The position numbers and the translations under genes were made by a program. From the IMG/VR virus record IMGVR_UViG_3300032893_002193, positions 1 through 64,000 of that record: DNA of 64,000 nt. One strand, 5' to 3'. A model generated the notes under the pieces. The model ran no database searches and was not told the origin of the DNA. It saw only the letters and a program-made list of their open reading frames with translations. How positions within the stretch are numbered: position 1 is the first letter of the stretch; each line of letters starts with the position of its first letter. Origin of the DNA: a virus. This document shows, piece after piece, positions 1 through 10,219 of the stretch.

Positions 1-2
1 TT

Positions 3-3000
3 GCAAGTAATCTTCCAAGCGGAACCGTTATCAACTCTTCAAACATTTCTCCTGCTGGTATACCAGGAATTACAGGTCCTACTGGTCCTCAAGGTCCTCA
101 AGGATCTCAGGGTTCACCAGGAGTTACGGGTCCTACAGGTCCCCAAGGTCCTCAAGGGTCTCAGGGTTCTCCTGGAGTTACTGGTCCTACAGGACCTCAG
201 GGAAATCAAGGTCCACAGGGATCTCCCGGAGTTACGGGTCCTACAGGTCCCCAAGGTCCTCAAGGGTCTCAGGGTTCTCCTGGAGTTACTGGTCCTACAG
301 GTCCTCAAGGTCCCCAGGGATCTCAGGGTTCACCGGGCGTTACAGGACCTACGGGCCCTCAAGGTCCTCAAGGACCTACCGGATCACAGGGTCCACAGGG
401 TTCTCCTGGAGTTACTGGGCCACAAGGACCTCCTGGTAGTGGTGGCGGCGCCGGAGTAACTCTTGCCTCTCAATCAACTCCTGGTATCATCTACCTTCCC
501 GCAGGAGATTTATCTGGTACGGGATCAAATGCATCTGGTCCAACCATTAGCAAAATAACCGGTGATAGTTCTGGAAGAGTGGGAATTGCAACTGGAATAT
601 GGTTCTATATAAATGGTGATGGAAATACCTTGCAACTTGCTGCCCCACTTTCATCTGCAACTGGAATAACTTCAACATTAAATGGTAAACTTGCAATAAA
701 TGTGAATGGAATTCCAACATCAACAAGATATCCGCAGGATGTACTTGCCGTTGTTGCTTCCGCTATGGATTTCCAGCAAATATTTATACAAAACTCAAGC
801 AATGCGACTACTGCCTCATCAGATATAGTTGCAACAAATGATATTGGAACTAATAATTCTTATTATGTTGATCTTGGTATTAATTCTTCAAAATATGGAA
901 TTTCTGGAGGAGTTGGTGGTCCAAATGATTCTTATTTATATTCTTCTAATAATAGGGTTCTTATAGGAACAATTGAAAGTACTCCAACTGGAGTAATTAG
1001 TTTCTTTACGCAATCTGGTGTCGCAGAGCAAGTTAGAATATTTAATGATGGAGGAGTAGCAGTTGGCGGTTCATTTATATTTTCGCCAGGAAGTGATAAT
1101 CTCTTTGTTCAAAATGCAATCGGTATAGGTGCAACTGGATCGTCGGGAATTATGTGGCAAACGGTTCAGTCTGGAACCAATAATTTTACTTTGCAGTGGC
1201 CAGGAGCACTTCCCGCGGCTTCTGGATATGCTTTATTGTCAGATGGTGTTGGTAGACTATATTGGGCTCAGGGAGGAGTTGGTGCAACCGGTCCTACTGG
1301 TCCACAGGGTCCGCAGGGTCCGCCAGGTGGTGGCGGCGGTGGAGGTGGTGTTACCTTAGCGTCGCAGTCAACTCCAGGTGTTATTTATTTACCCGCAGGA
1401 GACTTATCTGGAACCGGATCAAATGCTACTGGTCCAACTATAAGTAGATTAAGTGGAGATCCGTCTGGCAACATTCAAGTACCATCCAATGTTTCATTTG
1501 CAATTGCCGTATCAAACGGTGCCTCTACCGCTCCAACAGGATTATTTAGATTCCCCAGAGCAGGACAAGTTCAAGCTCCGATTATGGGCGCAATTGGTGT
1601 ATCAGGACCATATGTATTTATGCAATATGGAATAGATCCTCTTACCAATTTAGATGAGGTTAAATTTGGAACATCTGACGCTTTAGTTGGCAATGATAAG
1701 GTTAGTTTAAATGCACAAAGTAAGGTGTCATTTAGAATTAATGGAATTTCGCAAATATCTGAACCTGTTAGAGTTGCAGCAGAAATAGGGAGAGACCCGA
1801 CAACTCAGGGTCCATATTTGGGCATATATGGTCCATCTGGAGCCACAGGAATGATGGCTTTTAGAGTTCAATCTGGAGTTGCGTCATATACATTACAATG
1901 GCCGAGATCGTTGGCTGCTGCGTCTGGCTATGCTTTAAGTTCTGATGCCACTGGAATACTTTCATGGGTTCCAAATACGGCTCCACTTGCAACGTCTACT
2001 CTTCCCGGCTTAGTATATATTCCGGCAGGAGACCTTCAGGGTACAGGTTCAAGCGCCACCGGACCAACTATAAGTAAATTAAGCGGAGATGCAAGCGGGG
2101 CAATTAGAGTTCCATCATCGGCGTTTTTATATTTTGGCGGAGCTGTTCAATCCGCAGCACCAACCGGTCTAATTAGACTTCCGGCGTCCTCTAATAATAT
2201 GGTTCCAATTATTCAAAAAACACCAGTTGGAGCACTCGGGCAAAATATACTTTCATATGGAATGGACGCAGTTACTACCCTAGATACTGTAAATATTGGA
2301 GATGGTAGTTATTCTCAAATTAAATTGTTATCTTCTCAAGTAATTTATTTCTTTATTAATGGATATGGTAACGTAGCTCAAATAAGCGGTCCCGGAACTC
2401 CTGCGTTAGGAATGCTCGCCCCATATATTTATTTTGACGGAACTATAATTCCTGGTGGGCCGGTCATTCGAGTAACCGCTGATAACGGAGACTTTGCCGC
2501 TGTAGATTTTCAAATTGGTGCACAACCACCGTATTCTTCCGCTACTGTTAATAAATCTTCAGGTAATTTAAATCTTGCTGTAGCTATGCCGATTAAAGAT
2601 GGTAAGTATGGCGGAATTAACTTCATAGCCGGAGCTTCTGGAGGCTATACATTAATTGGACAGTTTGGCAGAGTTGCTCAAACTGGTATACCATATCTTG
2701 GTTTAGCTGGTCCGGCAACTGCAACCGGTATGATGACATTCCAGGTAGCATCTGGTGTGGCATCGTATGCTTTAATTTGGCCAAGAGCACTAGGAGCTTC
2801 AGGCAATCAATTATCTACCGATGGTTCTGGAAATCTTTCATGGTCAGCCGGTATTGCCGGTCCAACAGGCCCAACTGGTCCTCAGGGTCCTGCCGGCGCA
2901 AACGGTGTAAGCACTATTTGGCTACAAAATAACGGCGCAACATTGGCCCCAGTAAATACCGTTAACCTTTTGGGAGGTTTGGTTGGAACTACAGGAGCAG

Positions 3001-3503
3001 TTCCAGGAATTGTTAATATAAACTCTCTCAATGATTTTGCTATCCTTGGATTTACGGGTTCCAATTTAGCAACTGGAAACAATGCATCTGGTGCCATGGT
3101 ACGATGGACCAGTGAAATTATCACTCCAACAGGAGGCGCTATTGGACATACTACCATTGGAACTGCTGCGGCTTGGGTTACTGTTCAAAAAGCTGGCTGG
3201 TATGAAATAGATTATTCAATAGGATTTACTGGAGTTTCGGTTCCGCTGTTGTTAGTCCAGTGTTTTCTTGGAGCAACCGGAGGAAACGGTAGATTTGGAT
3301 TTGGATCAGGATCTCCAATTACTCAATCTGTTTCATATGGTATCGGTGGTTCGGGATTTGCTTCTCAAAGCTTCTTGGCTTATATACCATCTGGCAGCAG
3401 CATAGAAACATATGTATCACCATTTTCTCCGGCTGTGTATGGATTAAGCGGAATTTGCTTTAGCCCAACCGGTTCTAAATTCTCTATTAGAACAAGAGGA
3501 TAA
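3..3503 (+). CDS. Collagen-like modular fibre protein with C-terminal BclA-C/C1q(TNF)-like domain; 5'-truncated by the window edge
   Basis: Frame 3 is open from base 3 ([39 protein letters not shown]...) and is in frame with the tracked ORF 579..3503, so the GTG at 579 is internal. It has 42 consecutive Gly-X-Y triplets at 57-434 and shorter collagen runs near 1281-1325 and 2850-2900. The C-terminus has a jelly-roll-type signature ([17 protein letters not shown] ... [18 protein letters not shown]). Confidence 0.85.
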   Translation, partial: ASNLPSGTVINSSNISPAGIPGITGPTGPQGPQGSQGSPGVTGPTGPQGPQGSQGSPGVTGPTGPQGNQGPQGSPGVTGPTGPQGPQGSQGSPGVTGPTGPQGPQGSQGSPGVTGPTGPQGPQGPTGSQGPQGSPGVTGPQGPPGSGGGAGVTLASQSTPGIIYLPAGDLSGTGSNASGPTISKITGDSSGRVGIATGIWFYINGDGNTLQLAAPLSSATGITSTLNGKLAINVNGIPTSTRYPQDVLAVVASAMDFQQIFIQNSSNATTASSDIVATNDIGTNNSYYVDLGINSSKYGISGGVGGPNDSYLYSSNNRVLIGTIESTPTGVISFFTQSGVAEQVRIFNDGGVAVGGSFIFSPGSDNLFVQNAIGIGATGSSGIMWQTVQSGTNNFTLQWPGALPAASGYALLSDGVGRLYWAQGGVGATGPTGPQGPQGPPGGGGGGGGVTLASQSTPGVIYLPAGDLSGTGSNATGPTISRLSGDPSGNIQVPSNVSFAIAVSNGASTAPTGLFRFPRAGQVQAPIMGAIGVSGPYVFMQYGIDPLTNLDEVKFGTSDALVGNDKVSLNAQSKVSFRINGISQISEPVRVAAEIGRDPTTQGPYLGIYGPSGATGMMAFRVQSGVASYTLQWPRSLAAASGYALSSDATGILSWVPNTAPLATSTLPGLVYIPAGDLQGTGSSATGPTISKLSGDASGAIRVPSSAFLYFGGAVQSAAPTGLIRLPASSNNMVPIIQKTPVGALGQNILSYGMDAVTTLDTVNIGDGSYSQIKLLSSQVIYFFINGYGNVAQISGPGTPALGMLAPYIYFDGTIIPGGPVIRVTADNGDFAAVDFQIGAQPPYSSATVNKSSGNLNLAVAMPIKDGKYGGINFIAGASGGYTLIGQFGRVAQTGIPYLGLAGPATATGMMTFQVASGVASYALIWPRALGASGNQLSTDGSGNLSWSAGIAGPTGPTGPQGPAGANGVSTIWLQNNGATLAPVNTVNLLGGLVGTTGAVPGIVNINSLNDFAILGFTGSNLATGNNASGAMVRWTSEIITPTGGAIGHTTIGTAAAWVTVQKAGWYEIDYSIGFTGVSVPLLLVQCFLGATGGNGRFGFGSGSPITQSVSYGIGGSGFASQSFLAYIPSGSSIETYVSPFSPAVYGLSGICFSPTGSKFSIRTRG
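57..434 (+). repeat. Coding tandem repeat, 7 x 54 bp (18 aa, consensus [18 protein letters not shown])
   Basis: 378 bp of degenerate 54-bp units with mostly third-position variation; encodes a collagen triple-helix region. Confidence 0.9.
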
Positions 3504-3534
3504 TAATTATTTAAAAAATTAATTTACTTTTCAT

Positions 3535-3545
3535 TTGATATATTT
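3535..3545 (+). promoter_or_regulatory. Recurrent intergenic motif B (TTGATATAT) upstream of the glycosylation cassette
   Basis: TTGATATATTT lies 28 nt before ATG 3563 and is followed by an AGGAG RBS at 3551. Similar motifs occur at 9776, 47133 and 62469. Confidence 0.45.
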
Positions 3546-3562
3546 CATTTAGGAGTAAGTTA

Positions 3563-6103
3563 ATGAAAGTATCTGCTTGTATTATAGCCAAAAATGAACC
3601 CCTTCTTGAGCAGTGTTTAAAATCAATTAAAGGATATGTTGACGAAATAGTTGTCGTGGATACCGGTTCCACTGATAATACTCCTGAAATAGCCAAAAAA
3701 TATGCTGATGTTTTTGAAGTATATACTGGATGTAATGATCCGAAAACAGGGCTAATTAATGATTTTTCGGACGCAAGAAAAAGATCATTTGATATTGCCA
3801 CTAATAAGGCCGTTATTTGGTTAGACGCCGATGATATTCTTGTTGGTGCAGAAAACATAAAAAAAATATTAGATGAATATGAAAAAACAACCTCTACTTT
3901 TGATGCGGTTGGTTTTATTTTTCCATATGAGTATTCCTATGATCAGGATGGAAATTGCACCTGCCGACACTATAGAGAAAGATTGTTTACTGATAAGAAT
4001 AAGTTTCGGTGGACAAACCCCGTACATGAGGTAGCGGTACCAATTGAAAGTTATAATATTAGTCTTATTCAAAAAGATGATGTAATATACAAACATCACA
4101 GACAATATAGTTCAAAACATATGGAGTCCGGCCGTAATCTTCGTATATTAAAAAAATATTTCGAAAAAGTAGGAGAATCAGACGCAAGACAGATGTATTA
4201 TCTCGGTCTTGAGTATGTGAATAATGGATTAGTTGATGAGTCAATTAAATGTTTAAGTAGATATATAGAAATTTCCGGCTGGGAAGATGAAAGAGTAATG
4301 GCATGTCTTAAATTAGTAGATATTTATCATGCATTAGTTCAATATGAAAAAGCTCTTGAATGGGGATTTAAGGCAATAGAAATAAAAGAAAACTGGGGAG
4401 AAGGATATTTTGCTTTAGCCAAGACTTTTTATTTTATGGCTATGCGAGGAGATGCAAATCAAACAAGATATTGGCAAAAGTGTGCTCATTATGCTAAAAT
4501 TGGTCTTGACCTTCCTCCAACACAAACTATGTTATTTATTAATCCGCTTGAAAGAGAAGCCGAGATACATAAATACTATAATGTTGCCTTAAGTAAATTA
4601 GGAGATATTAAGGGGGCATTAGAAAGCGTAAATATCGGAATTAGAAAACAGCCAAAAGATCCTCATTTAACCAATAATAAAAAAGTATATGAGATTTTTT
4701 TGGCCAAACATGATATAACCGTAGGCGTCAATAAATTAAATGAATATGGTGGAATAGATAAGATTACCACAGATAATATCATTTCTTTAATTAATAATCA
4801 AAAAATATCTATAGAAAATAATATAGAAAAAATTAGCATAAAAGAACCGGAAGATATAAAGATAAATATCTGGGAAATAGCGTCTGAATATGAAAAAGAA
4901 GGGTTTAAGTTAATAGATTGTCATTTATTAAAAAATAAATATGTAGTTTCTAATTTATTGCAAGAAGATAAGAATAGTCTTCTGAATATTGTCTTTTTTA
5001 TAGGAGATGGTGTTGAGGAGTGGACGCCAGAAACAGTTAAGTACACCGGTATAGGTGGCAGCGAGTTAATGGCTATTAATATATCAAAGAGATTAGCTAA
5101 ATTGGGCCATAATGTTTCAATATATTCTGGCTGCGGAGAAGCCGGCGAAGGAATATATGATGGCGTTAGATATTATAAAACAGAAAAATATCATGATTTA
5201 AGCTGTGATGTTTTAATTGTATCCAGAAGAGCAGATGCGTTAGATGATAAATACAATATAAAATCTAAAATAAAACTATTATGGGTTCACGATGTATTTG
5301 CCATTAATGCTACAAACGATCTCTTAGCAAAGGCAGATCGTATTTTAGCGCTGTCAGAGTGGCATAAAGATAATTTAGTTAACTATCATAATATTCATCC
5401 TAACAAAATTATTAAGACAAGAAACGGAATAGATTTAAAAAGATTTAATAAGAAAATAGAAAGAAATCGATTTAAGTGTATAAATAGCAGCAGCCCGGAT
5501 CGTTCTTGGCCAGTTTTACTACAAGCTTGGCCGGAAATAAAAAAACATGTTCCACAGGCAGAGCTTCATCTATATTATGGATTTAAAAACTGGAAATATT
5601 CGGCTCAGTTTAATCCCGGTCATAATGATTTGATTAATAAACTGGAAGAAATGATTGTCAATATGAAGGATCTTGGCGTTGTATTTCATGACAGAATTAG
5701 TCAGGATAAATTGTCGGACGAGATGCTTGGATCTGGAGCGTGGTTATACCCGAGTTGGTTCTGGGAAACATCATGTATATCTGCAATGGAAGCACAAGCA
5801 GCGGGATTAAGAATGATTACTTCTAATAGAGGGGCATTAACCGAAACTGTTGGATATAGAGGTACTTTAATTGATGGAGAGTGGACATCGCCAGAATATA
5901 TTAGTGTTTTTATTGGTAAAACAATAGAGGCTCTTACTAAAGAAGATCAGGATGATAGAATAGTGCTACAAAAATATGCTCAAGATCATTTTGATTTAGA
6001 TGATTTAGCAAATGAATGGAATGATATGCTTTATGAATTAATAGAGACAATTAAAATCAATCCAATTTGTCCTTATTATCCAACTGCCTCTTATAGAAAG
6101 TAA
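3563..6103 (+). CDS. Multidomain glycosyltransferase: GT2 (GT-A) + TPR repeats + GT4 (GT-B)
   Basis: N-terminal VSACIIAKNE, VVVDTGSTDNT, DFSDARKRS, WLDADD and PVHE motifs match SunS/SgtA-type GT2. A helical TPR-like middle follows (YYLGLEY, EKALEWGFKA, YFALAK). The C-terminal GT-B part has GGSE, NGID, SSSPDR and ETSCISAMEAQAAG. AGGAG RBS. Confidence 0.9.
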   Translation: MKVSACIIAKNEPLLEQCLKSIKGYVDEIVVVDTGSTDNTPEIAKKYADVFEVYTGCNDPKTGLINDFSDARKRSFDIATNKAVIWLDADDILVGAENIKKILDEYEKTTSTFDAVGFIFPYEYSYDQDGNCTCRHYRERLFTDKNKFRWTNPVHEVAVPIESYNISLIQKDDVIYKHHRQYSSKHMESGRNLRILKKYFEKVGESDARQMYYLGLEYVNNGLVDESIKCLSRYIEISGWEDERVMACLKLVDIYHALVQYEKALEWGFKAIEIKENWGEGYFALAKTFYFMAMRGDANQTRYWQKCAHYAKIGLDLPPTQTMLFINPLEREAEIHKYYNVALSKLGDIKGALESVNIGIRKQPKDPHLTNNKKVYEIFLAKHDITVGVNKLNEYGGIDKITTDNIISLINNQKISIENNIEKISIKEPEDIKINIWEIASEYEKEGFKLIDCHLLKNKYVVSNLLQEDKNSLLNIVFFIGDGVEEWTPETVKYTGIGGSELMAINISKRLAKLGHNVSIYSGCGEAGEGIYDGVRYYKTEKYHDLSCDVLIVSRRADALDDKYNIKSKIKLLWVHDVFAINATNDLLAKADRILALSEWHKDNLVNYHNIHPNKIIKTRNGIDLKRFNKKIERNRFKCINSSSPDRSWPVLLQAWPEIKKHVPQAELHLYYGFKNWKYSAQFNPGHNDLINKLEEMIVNMKDLGVVFHDRISQDKLSDEMLGSGAWLYPSWFWETSCISAMEAQAAGLRMITSNRGALTETVGYRGTLIDGEWTSPEYISVFIGKTIEALTKEDQDDRIVLQKYAQDHFDLDDLANEWNDMLYELIETIKINPICPYYPTASYRK

Positions 6104-6107
6104 AAAT

Positions 6108-6830
6108 ATGATAAAATTAAATATAGGATGTGGCCCCAATATTTTTCCATATGACGGATGGACTAATTATGATCGAGATGTTCAAAACGAATATTTTGAT
6201 TATATTAAATTAGTTGTAGATGGCATTTCTGCAAATCCTCCAAATCCATACTATATTGATGCTTTTAATCGAATGCCAAAACAGCAAAAAGATATTGTTT
6301 TATATATTAAGAGAGGTAAGAAACCAAACATTATTGTGCATAATGTTGTTAATGGTTTTCCTCAATATATAAATAATACCGTTGATTTTATTGTTGGAAA
6401 TCAGATGATAGAGCATTTTAATAAAATTTATGAAGTGCCAAAAATATTAAGCGAATGTTATAGAATTTTAAAGCCAGGAGGAATTATTAGATTATCAACT
6501 CCAGATCTTGATCTTTTATTAAACGCCTATATTAATAATGATATGGATAAATTTTCGGTAGAACAACCGGCATTCTATAAAGATGCTGATAAAGGATCTC
6601 AACTGGCATATTTAATGTTTGGAGCTTCTGGTCCCAACTGCAATAGTTCCGCATATGAAGGTCATTTCTTCATATTTAACAAAATATCTATGACGAAAAC
6701 ATTAAAAGAAATTGGTTTTAAAGATATTGAGTTTTATTATGAAACAAATAAAAGTAAGAGCAGCGTATTGTGTCAAGAAGTTGTAGATACCGGAATGACT
6801 CATAGTTTTATTGTAGAGGGAGTGAAATAG
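6108..6830 (+). CDS. Class I SAM-dependent methyltransferase (Methyltransf_11-like)
   Basis: KLNIGCG motif I, QMIEHF, and ECYRILKPGGIIRLSTPD. Confidence 0.85.
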   Translation: MIKLNIGCGPNIFPYDGWTNYDRDVQNEYFDYIKLVVDGISANPPNPYYIDAFNRMPKQQKDIVLYIKRGKKPNIIVHNVVNGFPQYINNTVDFIVGNQMIEHFNKIYEVPKILSECYRILKPGGIIRLSTPDLDLLLNAYINNDMDKFSVEQPAFYKDADKGSQLAYLMFGASGPNCNSSAYEGHFFIFNKISMTKTLKEIGFKDIEFYYETNKSKSSVLCQEVVDTGMTHSFIVEGVK

Positions 6831-6850
6831 GTAATGTACGGGGGCATCAA

Positions 6851-7960
6851 TTGAAAATAGGTATAATAACAACAAATTCTTTTCCTATTCCATATAAGAC
6901 TCATACTGGAGATATTGTTATTTTAGATCTCGCCTTATCTTTACACGATCTTGGCCACGAAATAACCTTATATGCTCCTGAAGGTAGTGTTTGTTATGAT
7001 AAAAAGATTAATGTAATTCCAACTCCTTGCTCATATGGCAGATATAATGAACATTCTCGTTTAGAAGAAAAAAAGTTTTTTGAAGAAAATAAAGATCATT
7101 TATTTTCAAATGACATAATGCATGACTTTAGTGAATCAAAAATGATATCGCACTATTTATATAATTCTGGATATCAAAACATTTTATTTACTCTTATGGG
7201 TGGCGCCTGGACAAAAGTATGGTCTCCTTATAATCCAGTTGCATGGTCGCAATCTCATAGGGATAGAATATTAAGAGGGGCCTCTGATTATGAGAATACT
7301 TTGATGCCAGAAGTTGCTAACCAGCCCTATTTAAAAGTTAAAGAGACTCATGTTGTTTCTGGCGGCATAGATACTAATTTTTATACACCAACATACGATA
7401 AGAAAAATTTTTTTTTATGGATGAATAGGTGGCATCCTGCAAAAGGATATAGAGAGGCCATAAAATTAGCACAAAAAACAGGAATAGAATTAATCATGGC
7501 TGGAGAATATCCAGAAAATGAGACATTTGCATCACAGAGAGATAATGCTATAGAAGCTGTTAAGTTGGCAAAAAATTGTAAAAATATTAAGTTTCATTGG
7601 CTGCCGAAAGATCCGTATCATCATATTACAAAAAGAGAGCTGTATAGACAGGCAAAGGCGCTTCTATATACTGTTCAATTTAATGAGCCCTTTGGATTAT
7701 CACAGGTTGAATCATTATCGTGTGGAACTCCTGTCATAGGAGTTAATTATGGATCTGTTCCTGAGATTATTAAGGACGGAGAGGTCGGATTCGTCAGAAA
7801 CAATGATATAAATCAATTAGCAACATCAATAGATCTGATAGAAAATATTAATCCAGAAAGATGTAGACAAGAAGCAATTGATAAATACGACAGAAGTGTA
7901 ATGGCAAAATCTTATATAAGAGAATATAATTTTATATTAAATAATCAAGGATGGACATGA
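6851..7960 (+). CDS. GT4 family glycosyltransferase (AviGT4-like)
   Basis: GHEITLYAP, GGID, RWHPAKG and EPFGLSQVESLSCGTPVIG...GSVPEII motifs. TTG start preceded by GGGGG. Confidence 0.9.
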   Translation: MKIGIITTNSFPIPYKTHTGDIVILDLALSLHDLGHEITLYAPEGSVCYDKKINVIPTPCSYGRYNEHSRLEEKKFFEENKDHLFSNDIMHDFSESKMISHYLYNSGYQNILFTLMGGAWTKVWSPYNPVAWSQSHRDRILRGASDYENTLMPEVANQPYLKVKETHVVSGGIDTNFYTPTYDKKNFFLWMNRWHPAKGYREAIKLAQKTGIELIMAGEYPENETFASQRDNAIEAVKLAKNCKNIKFHWLPKDPYHHITKRELYRQAKALLYTVQFNEPFGLSQVESLSCGTPVIGVNYGSVPEIIKDGEVGFVRNNDINQLATSIDLIENINPERCRQEAIDKYDRSVMAKSYIREYNFILNNQGWT

Positions 7961-8604
7961 CTAAAGAATATGTTTTTAAAAATAATAAATTTACAATATC
8001 TCAAGGAGGAGTTCATCCCGGATATTCATATTTTACATTTGAAGAAGAAGAGGTAGAATTTAGAAATAAATACTGGAATGTTAAAAATGATGATGTTGTT
8101 TTTGATATAGGGGCGTCGTATGGATCATATTCTTTAACTGCTTGTGCTATGGGTGCTCGGGTCTATTCTTTTGAACCAGAAACCTCTGTCTATGTTGATT
8201 TAGTTAATAATATCAAAATTAATAATTGGGAAAATAGATGTAGTGCATTTAATATTGGTTTGTGGGATAAATTAGAGCAAATAGACATGAGAACATATGC
8301 TCCACATTGGCCTGCTCACACAATAGCCGACAAATTTAATATGACAACATTAGATTTTTTCATTAAAAATTATTCAATAGATAAAATTGATTGGATGAAA
8401 ATAGATGTTGAAGGCGCCGAGGTCAATGTTGTTAAGGGAGGAATAGAAACAATTGAAAAATATAAGCCCAACATTATCATAGAGTGTCATAATTTTTTGG
8501 ATTTTAATATTAAAAACAAAATAAGGTCTTTGCTTGATTCGATATATTTGTTTGAAGAAGTTGATAGAGATCCGTGCACTATGTTGGTTGGAATTAAAAA
8601 ATAA
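7957..8604 (+). CDS. FkbM-family methyltransferase
   Basis: VVFDIGASYGSYS, VYSFEP and WMKIDVEGAE motifs. Start placed at the ATGA overlap with the upstream stop (the track gives 7951). Confidence 0.9.
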   Translation: MTKEYVFKNNKFTISQGGVHPGYSYFTFEEEEVEFRNKYWNVKNDDVVFDIGASYGSYSLTACAMGARVYSFEPETSVYVDLVNNIKINNWENRCSAFNIGLWDKLEQIDMRTYAPHWPAHTIADKFNMTTLDFFIKNYSIDKIDWMKIDVEGAEVNVVKGGIETIEKYKPNIIIECHNFLDFNIKNKIRSLLDSIYLFEEVDRDPCTMLVGIKK

Positions 8605-8612
8605 AGGAAAAA

Positions 8613-9761
8613 ATGAAAATTGCCGTTATATTAAGTCATTTAAGTGTCGGACAGAGACCTCTTGATTTTTGGTATGATAATATATATAAATCTTCTCGCG
8701 GATTAACTGGAACCGATTACTCTGCTGTTCAGATTTCAAAAGAATTAGTTGAAAGAGGGCATGATGTTCATTTATTTACCGTTCACGCTCAACCAAATAA
8801 TAAGCCAGACGAATGGATGGGCGTAAAGCTATATAATTGTGATGATAGATTTGCTGGCATAAATGATAGTTTTGATGTCATTTTATCTATTAATGATCCT
8901 AATGTATTTTTTAATTTAACAGAAAAACCCCTCAGAATATGTTGGGAATTTTTGAACGATTTTCCTTTTGCTCGGCCAGGGTTCGATGATAAGGTAGATA
9001 TGTGGCTTGCCGTATGTGAGCAGCATCGAGATTATTTATTTACCCAGATGCCAGAAGAAAAATACACAAAGCAAGAAAAGTGGCAGATATTAAATCTTGG
9101 CTGTGATCCTGATTGGTATGAAGATCGAAGAGTAAAAGGAAGAATTATTTGGGCAAGCTCACCGGATCGTGGTCTACATAATTTATTAGAAATTTTTCCA
9201 AGCATTAAAGAGGCAGTTCCAGAGGCTCATTTAAAGGTTTTCTATCATTTTGATTACGATCATATTAAAGATATTGATCCATATGGTCCCAATAATCACC
9301 CTCATGTGGCAGAAATGGCAAATAGAATTAAATATTGTAGATATGCATTGGAAAAATTGAAGCCTCTCGGTGTAGAGCATGTAGGTTCTGTTAGCCAATA
9401 TCAAATGAGACAAGAATTTAGCGAAGCGTCGGTATTAGCTTTTCCGACAGATACGATCGCTTTTTCTGAAGGATTTAGCGTTACGACATTGCAGGCCCAC
9501 GCGGGATATTGCGTTCCTGTAATTACAAATCAAGATTGTCTCGGCTCTATTTATAAAAATTCTGGAGCAGTAATTATAGATGCTCCTGTAAGAAAAAATT
9601 TAAAACAATATACCAATGCAGTTATCAGGGCTCTTACTGACCAGGAATTTGCGGACAATACCATACAAAAATGTAGAAAATTTGCAATTAAACATTCTTG
9701 GAAAAAAATTGCAGAACAAATGGAGGAGATTATTTTAAAATCTCCAAAAGTTAAAAAATAA
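8613..9761 (+). CDS. GT4-like (GT-B) glycosyltransferase, paralogous to the C-terminal half of 3563..6103
   Basis: GHDVHLF, WASSPDRGL, IKEAVPEAHLKVFY and EGFSVTTLQAHAG; shares SSPDR and VPxAxL motifs with the fusion GT. Confidence 0.85.
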   Translation: MKIAVILSHLSVGQRPLDFWYDNIYKSSRGLTGTDYSAVQISKELVERGHDVHLFTVHAQPNNKPDEWMGVKLYNCDDRFAGINDSFDVILSINDPNVFFNLTEKPLRICWEFLNDFPFARPGFDDKVDMWLAVCEQHRDYLFTQMPEEKYTKQEKWQILNLGCDPDWYEDRRVKGRIIWASSPDRGLHNLLEIFPSIKEAVPEAHLKVFYHFDYDHIKDIDPYGPNNHPHVAEMANRIKYCRYALEKLKPLGVEHVGSVSQYQMRQEFSEASVLAFPTDTIAFSEGFSVTTLQAHAGYCVPVITNQDCLGSIYKNSGAVIIDAPVRKNLKQYTNAVIRALTDQEFADNTIQKCRKFAIKHSWKKIAEQMEEIILKSPKVKK

Positions 9762-9775
9762 TTCAACAATTGATT

Positions 9776-9787
9776 TCGATATATATA
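9776..9787 (+). promoter_or_regulatory. Recurrent intergenic motif B (TCGATATATATA) upstream of the NDP-sugar genes
   Basis: Lies in the 50-bp gap before ATG 9812 and matches the motif at 3535, 47133 and 62469. Confidence 0.45.
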
Positions 9788-9811
9788 ATGAAAGTATTTG
9801 AAAGGTAAGTT

Positions 9812-10219
9812 ATGGATAATAAAAAATATGTAGATTTGGTTAACGATGGTCAGTTTCCAGAAAATATAAAAGTTCCAATAGACCTTCCGTATAAAGATGA
9901 GCGGGGCATTATTAAGAATTTATGGCTTGGTCATTCGGGCAGCGTCACATTAATTGAGAGTGTAAAAGGATCGGTAAGAGCTAAACATAGACATCTTAAT
10001 GGAGATTGGCACGCAACATATATTATCAATGGAAAAGTTGAGTATGTAGAAGGCGAAGGAGATAGGCAGACTAAAACTATTTTCAATACCGGAGATTTAT
10101 TTTTTACTAAGCCCGAAGTATATCACGAAATGCATTTTATTCAGGATACAAAAATGATTACAATGAATGGAATAGTAAAAAATCATACAAATTACGAAAA
10201 ATCAATTAAAAGAGGATAA
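9812..10219 (+). CDS. RmlC-like cupin (NDP-keto-sugar isomerase/epimerase candidate)
   Basis: DERG, RAKHRH, and GDLFFTKPEVYHEMHF cupin motifs; abuts the C-methyltransferase gene. Confidence 0.75.
   Translation: MDNKKYVDLVNDGQFPENIKVPIDLPYKDERGIIKNLWLGHSGSVTLIESVKGSVRAKHRHLNGDWHATYIINGKVEYVEGEGDRQTKTIFNTGDLFFTKPEVYHEMHFIQDTKMITMNGIVKNHTNYEKSIKRG

Noticed and set aside
57-434. 54-bp periodic repeats as a CRISPR array
   Set aside because: There are no unique spacers, the variation is codon-position biased, and no cas genes are present.
1-459. Tracked ORF 1..459 (+) and 114..308 (-)
   Set aside because: These are off-frame shadows of the collagen repeat; frame 3 gives perfect Gly-X-Y and joins the 579..3503 ORF.
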